A stretch of 63,971 nucleotides of DNA, filler included, from Octopus bimaculoides (lineage: Eukaryota): assembly GCF_001194135.2 (NCBI RefSeq). It is 6 parts of 6 records of this genome, joined end to end, with 100 filler letters (N's around TTAATTAATTAA, not from the genome) between each part and the next. Parts side by side here need not be neighbours in the genome. Positions count along the whole stretch, not along the records: positions 1 to 26,631 come from NC_068983.1; 5 more parts are not named here. One strand, 5' to 3'. A model generated the notes under the pieces. That model did not search any database, had not been told where the DNA came from, and saw nothing but the letters and a program-made list of their open reading frames with translations. Shown piece by piece: positions 1-12,251 of the stretch. The first letter of the stretch is position 1; each line of letters starts with the position of its first letter. The position numbers and the translations under genes were made by a program.

Positions 1-790
1 GATCCTTGCACAAAGTAAGGAATTGAGAAATATCATTACAGATCAAAATATAACTCTCAGTAAGAGACAACCTAAAAACTTGAAAAAGCTATTAACAAAG
101 GCAGGGTTTGACCTCAGCAACAAAAATCAAACATTCACTGTGTCCAAATGCAATGATAGCCGATGCGGTACGTGCCGATCAATTCATACCGGCCCATATA
201 TGAACACAAAAACAGGGAAAATATTCACCAATGCGAACATGAACTGCAAAAGTAGAAATCTAATCTACTGCATCAAATGCCCTAATTGTGAAGAACTGTA
301 CATTGGCCAGACAGATAATGCACTATCGGAACGCTCATGTGTGCATTGACAACAGATTAAAAACCCAGAAGTCCACCAAATACCACCGAGTAACCATCTG
401 GCAACATGTGGTCATCAAACTTTTATTATATTTCCATTCCATAAACTTTACAACCTGAATGAAATTGAGAGAAAATGCAAAGAAAAGGACTTTATTAAGA
501 AATTCAAACCCACTCTTAACAAACAATGATTAAATTTATCTTACTTGGGGTTTAAAAATCTTATCCCTATAACTAAAACACAAAAAATCTCTCAAATGTC
601 ATCATTTCTAAAAATAAACTTGGCATCATTTCTAAAAAATAGCCAAACACCTACTGCTGCTGTCCAAACGAATAGGTATAAAAGACAGAAAAAACAGCCA
701 GTCTGTTACAGTCTGTCAGACGAGGCCTTGATGAATGCCAATAGGCATGAAAATACGTATTAGCCTTTATATATTTATTTCTCTATATTG
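1..790 (+). mobile_element. Penelope-like retroelement (PLE) 3' end: GIY-YIG endonuclease remnant (23-529) plus 3' UTR/pLTR
   Basis: ORF 23-349 has the PLE Cys-rich linker and GIY-YIG motif (CNDSRCGTC...NLIYCIKCPNCEELYIGQT). The same frame continues past one TGA (347-349, plausibly CGA>TGA) as QQIKNPEVHQIPPSNHLATC...FIKKFKPTLNKQ* to 529. TATAAAA at about 677 and a hammerhead-like motif follow. Confidence 0.85.
722..767 (+). ncRNA. Minimal type I hammerhead ribozyme-like motif (core carries a 1-nt insertion)
   Basis: GAGGC-CTTGATGA-ATGCC(AATA)GGCAT-GAA-AATACGTATT-A-GCCTT: stem I GAGGC/GCCTT, 5-bp stem II, palindromic stem III, UUA cleavage triplet. It lies in a PLE 3' region. Confidence 0.65.
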
Positions 791-859
791 AATACTCAAT
801 ATTTCATATATTCAGTAAGACATTCAGTACTTAATTTCATTTTACCATTTATTTTTATA

Positions 860-1110
860 TTATATATTATACATGAAATGCACCATTTTGAGCGTGACCG
901 TTGCCAGTGCCGCCTGGCTGGCCTTTGTGGGATTTTCGAGCGAGATCGTTGCCAGTGTCCCTGGACTGGCTCTTGTGCGGGTGGCACATGAAATGCACCA
1001 TTTTGAGCGTGGCCGTTGCCAGTACCGCCTGACTGGCCTTTGTGCGGGTGACATGTAAAAGCACCCACTACACTCTCTGAGTGGTTGGCATTAGGAAGGG
1101 CATCCAGCTG
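860..1110. mobile_element. Cephalopod SINE-like repeat (RTE-tail type) with an internal ~115-bp tandem module, cut by a gap
   Basis: ACATGAAATGCACCATTTTGAGCGTG...GCCTTTGTG occurs at about 872 and 987. The terminal part (CACTCTCTGAGTGGTTGGCATTAGGAAGGGCATCCAGCTGT) recurs at about 19350-19395 and, reverse-complemented or degenerate, near 22000, 22500 and 25200. Confidence 0.75.
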
Positions 1111-1639
1111 TNNNNNNNNNNNNNNNNNNNNNNNNNNNNNNNNNNNNNNNNNNNNNNNNNNNNNNNNNNNNNNNNNNNNNNNNNNNNNNNNNNNNNNNNN
1201 NNNNNNNNNNNNNNNNNNNNNNNNNNNNNNNNNNNNNNNNNNNNNNNNNNNNNNNNNNNNNNNNNNNNNNNNNNNNNNNNNNNNNNNNNNNNNNNNNNNN
1301 NNNNNNNNNNNNNNNNNNNNNNNNNNNNNNNNNNNNNNNNNNNNNNNNNNNNNNNNNNNNNNNNNNNNNNNNNNNNNNNNNNNNNNNNNNNNNNNNNNNN
1401 NNNNNNNNNNNNNNNNNNNNNNNNNNNNNNNNNNNNNNNNNNNNNNNNNNNNNNNNNNNNNNNNNNNNNNNNNNNNNNNNNNNNNNNNNNNNNNNNNNNN
1501 NNNNNNNNNNNNNNNNNNNNNNNNNNNNNNNNNNNNNNNNNNNNNNNNNNNNNNNNNNNNNNNNNNNNNNNNNNNNNNNACGGCTTTTGTGTGTTATTTT
1601 AAATGGCTTATAAACACCTTCCAGCTGCAATTATATATA

Positions 1640-3050
1640 TATATATATATGTATTGATAGAAAGGACAACAAAAGAAAGAAAGAGACCTTGATATTATGT
1701 AAATAGAGGAATTTATGTGTAAAAATGTGACACTTATTCAGTAGCCATGATAAAACTCCGAGTTTCGGATGCCGGGGTGGGAACCCATGCCGCCATCTCT
1801 TCAATTATCTGGCCATTAAAAATTCCTGTGAAAAATAACCGTTAAACAAAGGGAAATTTCTGTGTGGTTGACCGTTATTAAGACAAAAGAGCTATAGACC
1901 GCTAAGTAAGGGGAGGGAGTAAAGGTAAGGGCGTAGAAAAGTCTATAGTGTTCGCATAAGCACACCAATCCGTACATTGGCCTATATGTATATACTCATT
2001 CACCCTCGCCTGAAACACAATCATACTTACCCACATACTCGCCAAAAACTATATATGTATATACATATACATATATATACCTGCATACATGAGTATACCC
2101 GCATACACACCTACATATACACGTGCTCAACACCCTCGCACTCATACACATGCATGCAAAAAAAATCACAGGGCTAAAAGCAAAATATGGAAGAAAGTGT
2201 GAAAAAGTTATAAGGTTGAAACACGTCTATATGCACATATATTCGCATGCACGCACGTAAATCTAAATACGCACGTACCCACACACACGCACACATCCAC
2301 AAGCGCACACATAAGGTTCCATGTACGTGTCTATAGACGCACAGGAAAAAAGCAGGGTGGAGGGGGAGAATACACAAAAAATATGTGTGGAAAATATACA
2401 AAACATTATCTCTATAAATATGTAAAAAAATATTAAAAATATATAAAAAATCTAAGTAAAAAGTATAGAGAGATAAAAAACTTACACATAGACACAATAT
2501 AGAAAGCAAGTCCTATTAGTAAACTCAGGTGGACCAAAAACGTAGCAAATATTTAGACACATGTGGACATGATCTGAAAAGTTCAGTTCTTGAATTTAGA
2601 CTTGTGGCTAAGCTGCCTTTCCAGATGAGCCATCTTTCCATATCACATAGACCGCACCTTCCGTTGGACGTTGTAACTGACACCTTTATCTTTTAAGAAC
2701 CATATATGACTGAATAATTTGGTCGTTTTCCTTTTGTCCCAGTGCTCAAGGTGTGATTATTGAATCTGGCTTTGAAATTACCCTCCGTAAGGCCCACATA
2801 TTTCTTCATCGAAACTGTGTCTTTAGCAGATATAAAGTCCACAGTGGCCTCATAAATGATGGTTTTGGACATGCAAGCTCCATTTAGTGGGTACAAATTT
2901 TTATCTCTGCATGAACAGCTGGTTTCATATTGTGGTTTTTGTGTGTTGTGTGCGATTTAATTTTTAAATTAGCTGTTGAGCTGAAACTGATTTTTAAGTT
3001 ATGTCTGTTGAAGATCTTGCCTATATTAAAGGTCACTTCGGGTGAGTAGG
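1640..3050 (-). mobile_element. Second Penelope-like element 3' fragment (GIY-YIG remnant 2693-2896, simple-repeat spacer, pLTR-like end)
   Basis: YPLNGACMSKTIIYEATV...KKYVGLTEGNFKARFNNH matches the PLE CPLxGxC..IIY..YIG.T..FK.RYNNH pattern. A degenerate hammerhead lies downstream at 1749-1809 (-). Confidence 0.75.
1749..1809 (-). ncRNA. Degenerate hammerhead ribozyme-like motif
   Basis: The minus strand reads GATAA-TTGAAGA-GATGGCGG...CCGGCATCC-GAAA-CTCGGAG-T-T-TTATC. Stem I is GATAA/TTATC, but C3 is T and the cleavage position is U. Confidence 0.5.
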
Positions 3051-3149
3051 GGTGTGTGAACCAGATAGTTTTCCTATTTCAATGTTTTCTTTTCAATGTT
3101 TTCTTTTCAATGTTTTCATATTTTTACAGATATATATGTATGTATGTAT

Positions 3150-3348
3150 ATCTCTCATTTACTTGTTTCAGTCATTTGACTGCGGCCATGCTGGAGCACC
3201 GCCTTTAGTCGAGCAAATCGACCACAGGACTTATTCTTTGTAAGCCTAGTACTTATTTTATCGGTCACTTTTTCCCGAACCACTAAGTTACTGGGACATA
3301 AACACACCAGCATCGGTTGTCAAGTGATGGTGGGAGGGACAAACACAG

Positions 3349-3393
<45 letters not shown>

Positions 3394-3550
3394 CGACAGG
3401 CTTCTTTCAGTTTCCATCTACCAAATCCACTCACAAGGCTTTGGTCGGCCTGAGGCTATAGAAAAAGACACTTGCCCAAGGTGCCATGCAGTGGGACTGA
3501 ACCTGGAACCATGTGGTTGGTAAGCAAGCTACTTACCACATAGCCACTCC
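3150..3550 (-). mobile_element. tRNA-derived SINE (dominant octopus-type family), near full length
   Basis: The minus strand starts GTGGCTATGTGGTAAG...GGTTCCAGGTTCAGTCCCACTGC (Pol III A/B-box-like), then has an internal TA/CA microsatellite and the conserved ...CAGTCAAATGACTGAAACAAG tail. Other copies or fragments lie at about 27860-28090, 34350-34490, 35640-35830, 41085-41445, 42380-42530, 43900-44130, 52350-52760, 53160-53560, 54690-54845, 57080-57300 and 62290-62410. Confidence 0.85.
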
Positions 3551-3670
3551 NNNNNNNNNNNNNNNNNNNNNNNNNNNNNNNNNNNNNNNNNNNNNNNNNN
3601 NNNNNNNNNNNNNNNNNNNNNNNNNNNNNNNNNNNNNNNNNNNNNNNNNNNNNNNNNNNNNNNNNNNNNN

Positions 3671-3716
<46 letters not shown>

Positions 3717-4689
3717 GTGAGGTTAAAGAGATTTTATGGACACTTTAGAGTGGGTAGTCTCAGGTGGGTTGGTATTAAATTATAGAGCACCCTTTGTGTG
3801 TGCAAAGGGAAAACATTTACACATTATGATGGCTTTTTTTTTTTGCATACCATCCATTAAAAATTTTAGTATATTTGAGCATTGGAGAGTGACTCAGAAA
3901 GACATGGAAATTGATAAATGAAGACAAATAAGTATAATTTATGTGGATTACAACCATCAAGTTTCAGGGTAACAGAGGCCATCATGGTTTTGGTAGAAGA
4001 AACACGGCACAACATATCTGAAACCAGGTGGTTGGAGGATGTCAGTAACAGAAGTTTTACTGATGTATTAAATAGCAATCTTTCCAGTTTTGGTAAATTT
4101 TGCCAGCTTATATTACTATTTATATCTAAATAATCCCATTTATTAACTGTTTGTGTTTTGCTTTATACACCTGGCATGAGGTGTGGCATATTTGTTTAGA
4201 TCTTTTTTGTCTTGTACCTTTCTTCACTCTGTTAGCATGGACTGTAACTGTTTTTTTTTATTCTTACCTGCATGCATTCTTTCTACTGATATATTGTACC
4301 ATACATATATATACACTCACACAATTAGATATAAAAAAATGTTTGTACATCTGTACCTTGATACTTGTGTGTGTATATATGTACTTCAATGTGTACTTCA
4401 ATATGTACTTCAATTTTGTATGTACATATTCACACTTCAGATATGTACATACTGATATCTTAGTGTGATTTTGTCAATACATATATGTGTATGAATAAGA
4501 ATGTAAATATATGTCTGCGCACACATATGTAGATATGTATTTATTTATAAAAAAAAGACTATTGCATTGCTCTTACAAAAGTAGTTTCTCTACACAATTT
4601 TTGACATCTATGTAGAGAAAGAAAGAAAACTGATTTTGAAGATCATTACATTTTTCCAAAAATATATAGTCTTTGAATTTATTTAGAGT

Positions 4690-4729
<40 letters not shown>

Positions 4730-4855
4730 TTTATCTTTTATTGGTTTCAGCCCAGAGCTGAGGTCATACTGGTGCACCACCTGTAAAAGCAACACAATTA
4801 GCAGAGCGTAGTTTTGATATACAGACCTCTGGGTTATGGGACCAGCACACTTCCA

Positions 4856-4889
<34 letters not shown>

Positions 4890-5199
4890 CTATTTTGTTC
4901 TGCCCATATCCCTGATGCAAAAACATTAATTACACATAACTGCATGTCACCTTGCAATGATTGTTGGTATATTCTCATTAGTATTCCTATATATTATTCT
5001 ATTTCTTTACCATTTTAATTCCTGCATGACTGTCAAAAGAATTTCTTTGGCATTTCATCTTATTAGTCATTATTATTTCCTATTTTTTGTATAAAGAGTG
5101 TGTCAGTTTTTTTATCATTTGTATGAATTTAGAAAAAGACCCATAATTCATCAAAGAGATGAAAACAAATTGGTACAAATAATCTTGGGAATCATTTTA

Positions 5200-6240
5200 T
5201 CACACCTATTCCATGAATCCACATTAGCATTAACGGCTGCTTCAATATGGGGTCACACGTGTTGACATGCCTAAATCAGACAATCTTTATAAATTTCATA
5301 CATAGTGCTGGTTATGCTGCACTTGTTAGATTGTATGATGTTATGGAGGTGTTGATTGACCTCTCTCTCAACTATGCTCCAAATGTAATAGTCCAGTGGA
5401 TTGAGGTCTGGTGAACTAGGAGGACATGTGTCTGGGAGAACATAATCATGGAAATTGACATGCTTTCACACTAGAGTTGTTCTAGCCTTATGAGATGGTG
5501 CAGAGTTTTCTTGGAAGATAAACAGTCTTCTGTTCTGTACTCTGTCTATCCAGGGCCTCACAACTTTTTCCAACACATCTGTGTAGACAGTGGCATTGGC
5601 TCATAAACCCTGTGAAAAAAAAGAGAGGAGGCATAACATCTTCCCATTACTGATGACTCTCAGAACCATCACAGTTGCTGGGAACTTAGTATGCATGACC
5701 ATTGGAACCTCATTCAGGACTCTGTATAGCCATTCATCATTCCTTTGGTTTACCTTTTGATCCTGATTAAAGTTTTTCTTGTCAGAGAAAAATCAATGCA
5801 TTCCAGCCTCTTGGCATTTCAACTTGTTTAGTAAGCATTTTGCTCAGATCGAACAATCTTTTCTTGTCACATCCAACATAAACTGACTCTTCTGCATCAC
5901 ACACAACTTGTACTGGATGTCCTCATGCACAACCTTTCTAATGAAACCTTGAGGTCCTTTGCAATGGCTCTGATTGAGTTTCTGGGTTTTTTATTGATTA
6001 TTTCTTGGACTTTTTGTACAAAGTTATGTGTTCTGATGATATTAGGACCATGTGCGTGCATTTTACATTTAGCTGCTGATTTTGGGTCCCTATCAGCAGC
6101 TTCCAGCTCATTTTGAAATTTGACAAAGAAGGAATGGGCAACTTTCAGGAGCAAGCTAGCTCTGTATCACTATGTTGTGCTTTTAGAGCAACAATTAAAG
6201 AATGCCTTTTCATTTCCTGGGCCAACCTGATGTCTAACAT
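5200..6240 (-). mobile_element. Decayed Tc1/mariner-superfamily transposase (maT/DD37D-like)
   Basis: ORF 5897-6154: RTHNFVQKVQEIINKKPRNSIRAIAKDLKVS. Downstream frames give FFSDEKNFNQDQKVNQRND, TKFPATVMVL and SPDLNPLDY-like motifs. Many frameshifts; TIRs not resolved. Confidence 0.7.
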
Positions 6241-7713
6241 TTTTTATTCAAAAAGTAAAGTAAAAGAAAAGTTAGAAGAAAGCTAGAGCTCTTGAAAGAG
6301 GTTCCTCAAAAAACTGATGCAACCTGTTCGATGATAGCATGCCTTTTCTTTCTTTCTTCTTTTTTTTGACATTAACTTTTTGTTATCTGTTGGAGCATAT
6401 ATTTTTAGAGTTAGGTGGATGTCTTTTCCTAACTAATTAGTATATGTATAAATGTTCTAAAACTATGTGGCTTATTTTGGAAGAAACACTGTTCAATGTT
6501 TGTCAAATTAGAATACACCACCAAGGGAACCTCTGTGAACACTGTATCTGTTTGATATAGGAGCCAGTTTCCTTTAGAAAAGTTGCTAGCATCTTTGAGA
6601 TACTAATCAAATGTTGAATTTCTTACCACACTGATATACTGTTTCTACACATCTTGAGTGCTGGAAATTCTTTTAACTGTTTCTTTGCTAGTGAACTATA
6701 CTCTCTTGCACAGCTGACCTGGGCTGTCCAGTTGCAATTCTAATTGTAAGAAACATTGAATCTCAACCATTTAGTTTTATGTCAAGTCCAACTTAAATTT
6801 TAAAATGTGATAATGTAACAAAATGAAACACAAAAATTAAAATGAGTAATAGTATAAATAAATAAAACATCTCTTTATTAATACATGCTCCAACTATATA
6901 TGAGAAATTCTTGATATTTACAGAAATATCCAATGCAACCTACCATGAAATTTCGATAAAAACAATTATTTAAAAAATTTGAATTAAAAAAGTACTTTCC
7001 TCTCATACATACATACATACATACATATATATATATATATATTTGTCTGAAATTTTGTGCTAATGAAAAGTATTTCCAAAGAGTAAATATAAAATACAGT
7101 ATATGTTTTTCATTAAATAAATCAGGTATATAATTTACTTTTAATATTCCGCTTTGTTTTTTCTCATGTAATAATTAATGCTTTTCTAAGTCACTTTCAT
7201 TATGAGTTACCATTTGAGTGCATATTAGCTTTTAAATTTACTTTAGAATACATATATTAAATTTGAAGGGATAAAATAATTGCTGTTAAACTTTTTGTCA
7301 GATATGTAAATATCATCATCATTTTTATGTCCACATTCAATGATGACATGGATTAGACAGGTCATCACTGTCTAAGTCATCTCCTATAGGGAGCTACTGC
7401 TCTAAGGAATAGGTACTCATATGTATCACTTGGTCTTCTATCTATGGCTGACTGCCTTTCCTAATACCAACCTCTTTACAGAATGTTCTGGATGCATTTT
7501 CTTATTGTACCAACACTATAAATTTCCTTAGTGAGATAGGATTGAAAGATATCCCCTGACACTACACTTTCTCTGCTCCATTAAGGCAAATCTGTTTTTA
7601 ATTAAAAAAGTTAACGGGTGTTTGTTCATTTGGACATAGCTTTAGACCAATACCTACTGATGTTTACTATTTTAACCACATATATCACTGGATTTTATAG
7701 CATCCTATCTTTT

Positions 7714-8322
7714 ATCATAGCCTCAAGTTGACCCAAGCTTTGTGAATGAAATTCTGTAGATGAAAAATTAGGTACCTGTTGGAACGTTTGTGCCTGTAGT
7801 TTAAGGTCCGGCCATGTCACACTGTATCATATTGATTCCACTTGAAGATTACGTTAAGGGTACAGGTGTCTGTAGGCTGTTCATTTACTTATATGCTAAT
7901 TCAATGAGCAACTAGTTCAATTAATTGAACAACTGAGAGCACATTGTCAGAATTGATGGAGATCCATTAATTTTCTGTCATCTGTTCAAGTAAATCTACC
8001 TCCTTTTATTGATATTCCATTTAGCAGATCATAAATATCACACATTCATTCTCTTTCCCTATAAATTATATATTGCTTCATAACTATAAAATGAATATAT
8101 TAATATTCATCTTTATACATAATGAAATTTAAAACACTGTATTTGTACTTTTGTCTCATCTTTTTACCTCTCTACTACATAATTACTTTTATTTAGTGAG
8201 ATAATACTTGTGTACGTAGATCTTTGAATTTAATTCAAAGTTAGAAACATTTAAAATATAAAGCTGATAAAAATTATAGGACCCAAAAAATATCAATGTT
8301 TAATTGTTTGTTCATTTTCTTT
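7714..8322 (+). repeat. Donor copy of a ~605-bp direct duplication (intron sequence just 5' of the PDZ exon)
   Basis: Near-identical to 12167-12771 over its whole length, with scattered substitutions. Confidence 0.95.
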
Positions 8323-8351
8323 CTCTAATTTCAAATGTTTCCTTCAATCAG

Positions 8352-8462
8352 AAAATCACATTTAGCACTTATGGTGGCCCCTTAGGACTCAGTATTGTTG
8401 GTGGCACAGACCATTCATGTCTTCCTTTTGGAAATGATAATCCTGGCATTTTTATTTCAAAG
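8352..8462 (+). CDS. scrib: Internal coding exon (37 codons, phase 0/0) of a Scribble/LAP-family polarity protein, N-terminal half of PDZ3
   Basis: KITFSTYGGPLGLSIVGGTDHSCLPFGNDNPGIFISK closely matches Scribble PDZ3 (GGPLGLSIVGGSDHSSHPFG..EPGVFISK). Acceptor TTTCCTTCAATCAG at 8338-8351; donor GTAAGT at 8463. Confidence 0.9.
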
Positions 8463-9092
8463 GTAAGTTTCCAAAACTTATATCTTTAACAATTAATTCT
8501 TAAGGAGAGTAGCTGATTTTATTAGCAATTTGTTTGGCAGTTTCCTCACTAGTACACGCACATGTGTGCATGTGTGTAATTCAGGTGAATAAGGCACTTA
8601 CAGGTAAGGCACCAAGTTAAGTCAGAGTTAAAATGCATACACAGCAATTATAGATGAATACCAACTTTGGTACAAAAGTACTGACAGAAGGATATTCAGG
8701 TTATGTATACAATTAATTGAACCCAGCTGAATATATCTTCAGCTCTTAGGCTAATTCAGAAATGTACATCTTATTAAATATACGGTCCATAATATACTTT
8801 GGAACATGCAAGGGGCAGGCTCCAAGAGAGGTGAATTATAAATGAATAAATAACAAGTGGTAGATAAGTGTCAGTTCATTACAGCTGTTTCTAACAATTT
8901 TTTTAATTAATCAATGAGTACATTATATCATTTTAAAAACTGTTTTCTTCAGACGAATACACAAACTTTACATTAAGGACATTTACTAACTACACCTGTA
9001 TTAACTAAGCTAGAAATACAACTAAATACTCACTATTAACAGCTGCTAGGTGGCCGATAAGGATGTTTCATTTTCTCTTTGCTTTTTATATA

Positions 9093-10280
9093 TCAGGTCA
9101 TCCCATAAGTTCTGTCTGATTTTACCTTTTTTAAAATTGAATGAAATTTAATAGTATTTTAGAATGTCTAATGGAATTAAAAATTATTTTTATGCATTTG
9201 TGTACATTTAAACTAATTAAATATTTTACAGAATAATAGAATTAAAATTTCTTTGATTAAAACCCTTTCTAACATGGAAGTATCCAAATAGCATTTGAGG
9301 CACATAATGGGAAAGAATGCTTGAATGAAAGAACTTGCAGAAGATGGTTTGCAAAATTCAGAAGCAGAGATTTCAGTCTTGAAGATGAAGATCGAACAGG
9401 ATGTCCAGATAAGCTTCTTGAGGCATTACTTGAAGAAAATCCTGCATTATCCGTTGAAGAATTGGCAATAAAGCTTAGTTCAAGCCATACAACTGTTCAT
9501 CGTCATCTTCAACAACTTGGAAAGTTTCCTAAGCTTGGAAAATGGGTGCTTCATGAATTGTCTGAAAGCAACCACAAATTCTGAGTTGCCATCTGCTCTT
9601 CTCTCCATTCTCGTGAACTCATTTCACACTTTTTGGATTGACTTGTGACTGGTGACAAAAAATGAATCTGCTATCGAAATGTAAACATCATAAACAGTGG
9701 CTTGGTAAAAGGGAAAAAGCTCATCCACAACCGAGAAGGGAAAATGGTTCTTCTCTCTATCTGGTGGGATTGCAAAGGAGTAATTCACTTTGAATTGTTA
9801 CCACCTAATGCAACAATCAATGCTCACATCTACTGTCAGGAATTAGAGCATTTGAACCAAGCTTTGAAGAAAAAAAGACCCGCTTTAGTGAATCGAAAAG
9901 GAGTGATGTTTCATCAGGACAATGTGCGACCCCACACTGCAAAGATCACATCACAGAAGATTGAAGAGCTTGGTTGGAAAAAATTCCTCATCCACCTTAT
10001 TCACCCAACCTTACTCCTTCAGACTACCATCTGTTTTGTAGTTTGCAGAATCATTTGGGGGACATAACTTTCGCAAGCCAGGAGGAGGTCAAAACTGACA
10101 TTTCAGAGTTCTTCACTTTGAAACCAAAAGAGTTTTACATTGATGGGATTAAAAAGCTTGTTAAAAGATGGAAGGAAGTCAGGGAAAGTACACTGATGAT
10201 TAAACCTGAATTAAATATAACATTTGCTCACTTGTTTTTTTTTTTTTCATAATTCAGACAGAACTTATGGGACGACCTGA
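9093..10280 (+). mobile_element. Mariner element with both TIRs and TA TSD, coding-dead
   Basis: TIRs TCAGGTCATCCCATAAGTTCTGTCTGA and TCAGACAGAACTTATGGGACGACCTGA are flanked by TA (9091-92, 10281-82). Fragments include WVLHEL, SIWWDCKGVIHFELLP, FHQDNVRPH and YSPNLTPSDYHLF (D,D34D type). Confidence 0.95.
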
Positions 10281-11953
10281 TACTATGAAACTTTATAATC
10301 TCTCTTGAAATATAGCTTTAGTATTATTTTAGTATGATTTACCTTAGTTGTTACTAATATCTATCACTTGTTATTTATTTGTGTGTGTGTGTGGGGGGGN
10401 NNNNNNNNNGGGGGGGGGTTAAATATTAAAGTTAGAGATGAGTCAGTTGTATCAGACTGATAGAAAGGATCAATTTAGAAGAATGTATTAAACTGAACCA
10501 TTGCAACATATGAATGGGAGTTGAAACAGTGTTGTGCATGCTCATATGAGAAAGATGACTTATCCAAAAGTGGCCATTGTGATTATATCTGAACTTTGGA
10601 TCCAACTGTATCAATATAATCATCAAAAAATTAGATTCAGATATTATAATAATTCCTTCCTAAAAGCTTCAAACAACTACACGATACCTTTTGAATAATT
10701 CCTCAATATACATATCCTCGGAGGCCAATCATAAAGCACATACAAAACAAATTGCAATTCACAACAGACCTTTAATGAACATCACTAAAGCACTATGAAA
10801 TTAGATCAATGGAAATCTAGTGTTCCCACAGCATTAGATACAAAGTTACCTGTAAATTTACCACAATTCAGTATTGTGGTACAGTTTATCTTTGGCACCC
10901 TCAAGAAACCAATTGCCCCACACATCTCAGATTTGTACAGAGATGCACCAGAGACTATCTGCAAAAGGCCAAACTTTCATGTATTTGATGTAGTAATTGC
11001 AGAAGTAAAGTTAGGTGTGGTGGAATATAGAATATGTGTTAAATATGGAGTGTTGGAAAGTTAGATTTTAGAATATTTAAGATGTTAGTAAAGACTTAAC
11101 ACATACACAAAATGGGATACAGACCGTAAAATTTAACGTCTTCTGGGGAGAGTTAGTGGGCTTAGCCAGTCATGAGCTCTTCATAGCAATTATTTATAAG
11201 GGAATCTGCAAGCACAACCAGGAGTAAATTATAATTATTAGTATTATACCTAAGAAGTTAGAAGGGTATTCTGCAAAAGGCTCTATGAAACCTTATTAAT
11301 ATCAGTGGCATTATTAAGATTTACCTGTGGCACAATTATTATTATTATCATTATTGAGTGAGAGAGCAAGCACATGCTATCAAAGTGACACCAGGATACA
11401 AATTATTATTTTATGTTTAACTTTTACTTTGTATTTGTACAAGTTGACTTTGAGTCTCACCCAGAAACCTCAAGAGACAACAAGTTAGAAGTTCAAGTTG
11501 GTGTTATGACTAGTGTGCATATATTTGGTTTTGCACAAAGAATTGCTCTAGATAATATTTAAGAAAACATAAGAAAATTATCATAAGTTTGTTTTAAAAT
11601 TTGAGATTACATAGACAGTATTTTATGTAGGATATGGGCAGTTCATGAGCACTATTTTTTGAATTTCTGCCATTTTTGAATTTCCTGCTATCTGACCTAG
11701 GTAGCAATCAGCCCCTGTTCCTATCATTCCTAGGGCACTGATAACAACAGGTCTTGAGGTTCTACATTTTGCCAATTTCTATTTCAAGATCTTTATACTC
11801 GCTCAGCTTTTGGTAGGTCTTGACAGATACATTTATGTCAATTGGGACTGTCATATTGATGAGGAGGCAGGATTTTTGTCTGAAGTCCTTCAATATAATG
11901 TCTGGCCTATTCACATCTATCTTTCTGTCAGTTTGAACATTGAAGTTCCAGAG

Positions 11954-12251
11954 GAGTGGTCATTTTCAAGCATTGGAGGTGGTTTGTATTCCCACCAGTT
12001 TTTATCATGTCCAAGTAATCATAGCCTCAAGTTGACCCAAGCCTTGTGAATGAAATTCTGTAGATGGAATATTAGGTACCTGTTGGAAGGTTTGTGCCTG
12101 TAGAGTGGTCATTTTCAAGCATTGAAGGTGGTTTGTATTCCCACCAGTTTTTATCATATCCAAGTAATCATAGCCTCAAGTTGACCCAAGTCTTGTGAAT
12201 GAAATTCTGTAGATGGAATATTAGGTACCTGTTGGAAGGTTTGTGCCTGTA
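11954..12251 (+). repeat. 149-bp tandem duplication spanning the LINE/inserted-intron junction
   Basis: Unit 1 (11954-12102) and unit 2 (12103-12251) are each half LINE and half inserted intron sequence, with few mismatches. Confidence 0.95.

Noticed and set aside
3480-3550. tRNA gene calls at SINE heads
   Set aside because: A/B-box-like motifs are present but there is no cloverleaf; these are tRNA-derived SINE 5' ends.
3967-4092. Possible upstream scrib exon (VTEAIMVLVEETRHNISETRWLED...)
   Set aside because: Splice signals are plausible but weak, and I cannot recognise Scribble homology.
10795-11064. 89-aa ORF MKLDQWKSSVPTALD...
   Set aside because: No recognisable motif or convincing splice sites; probably chance or very old TE sequence.
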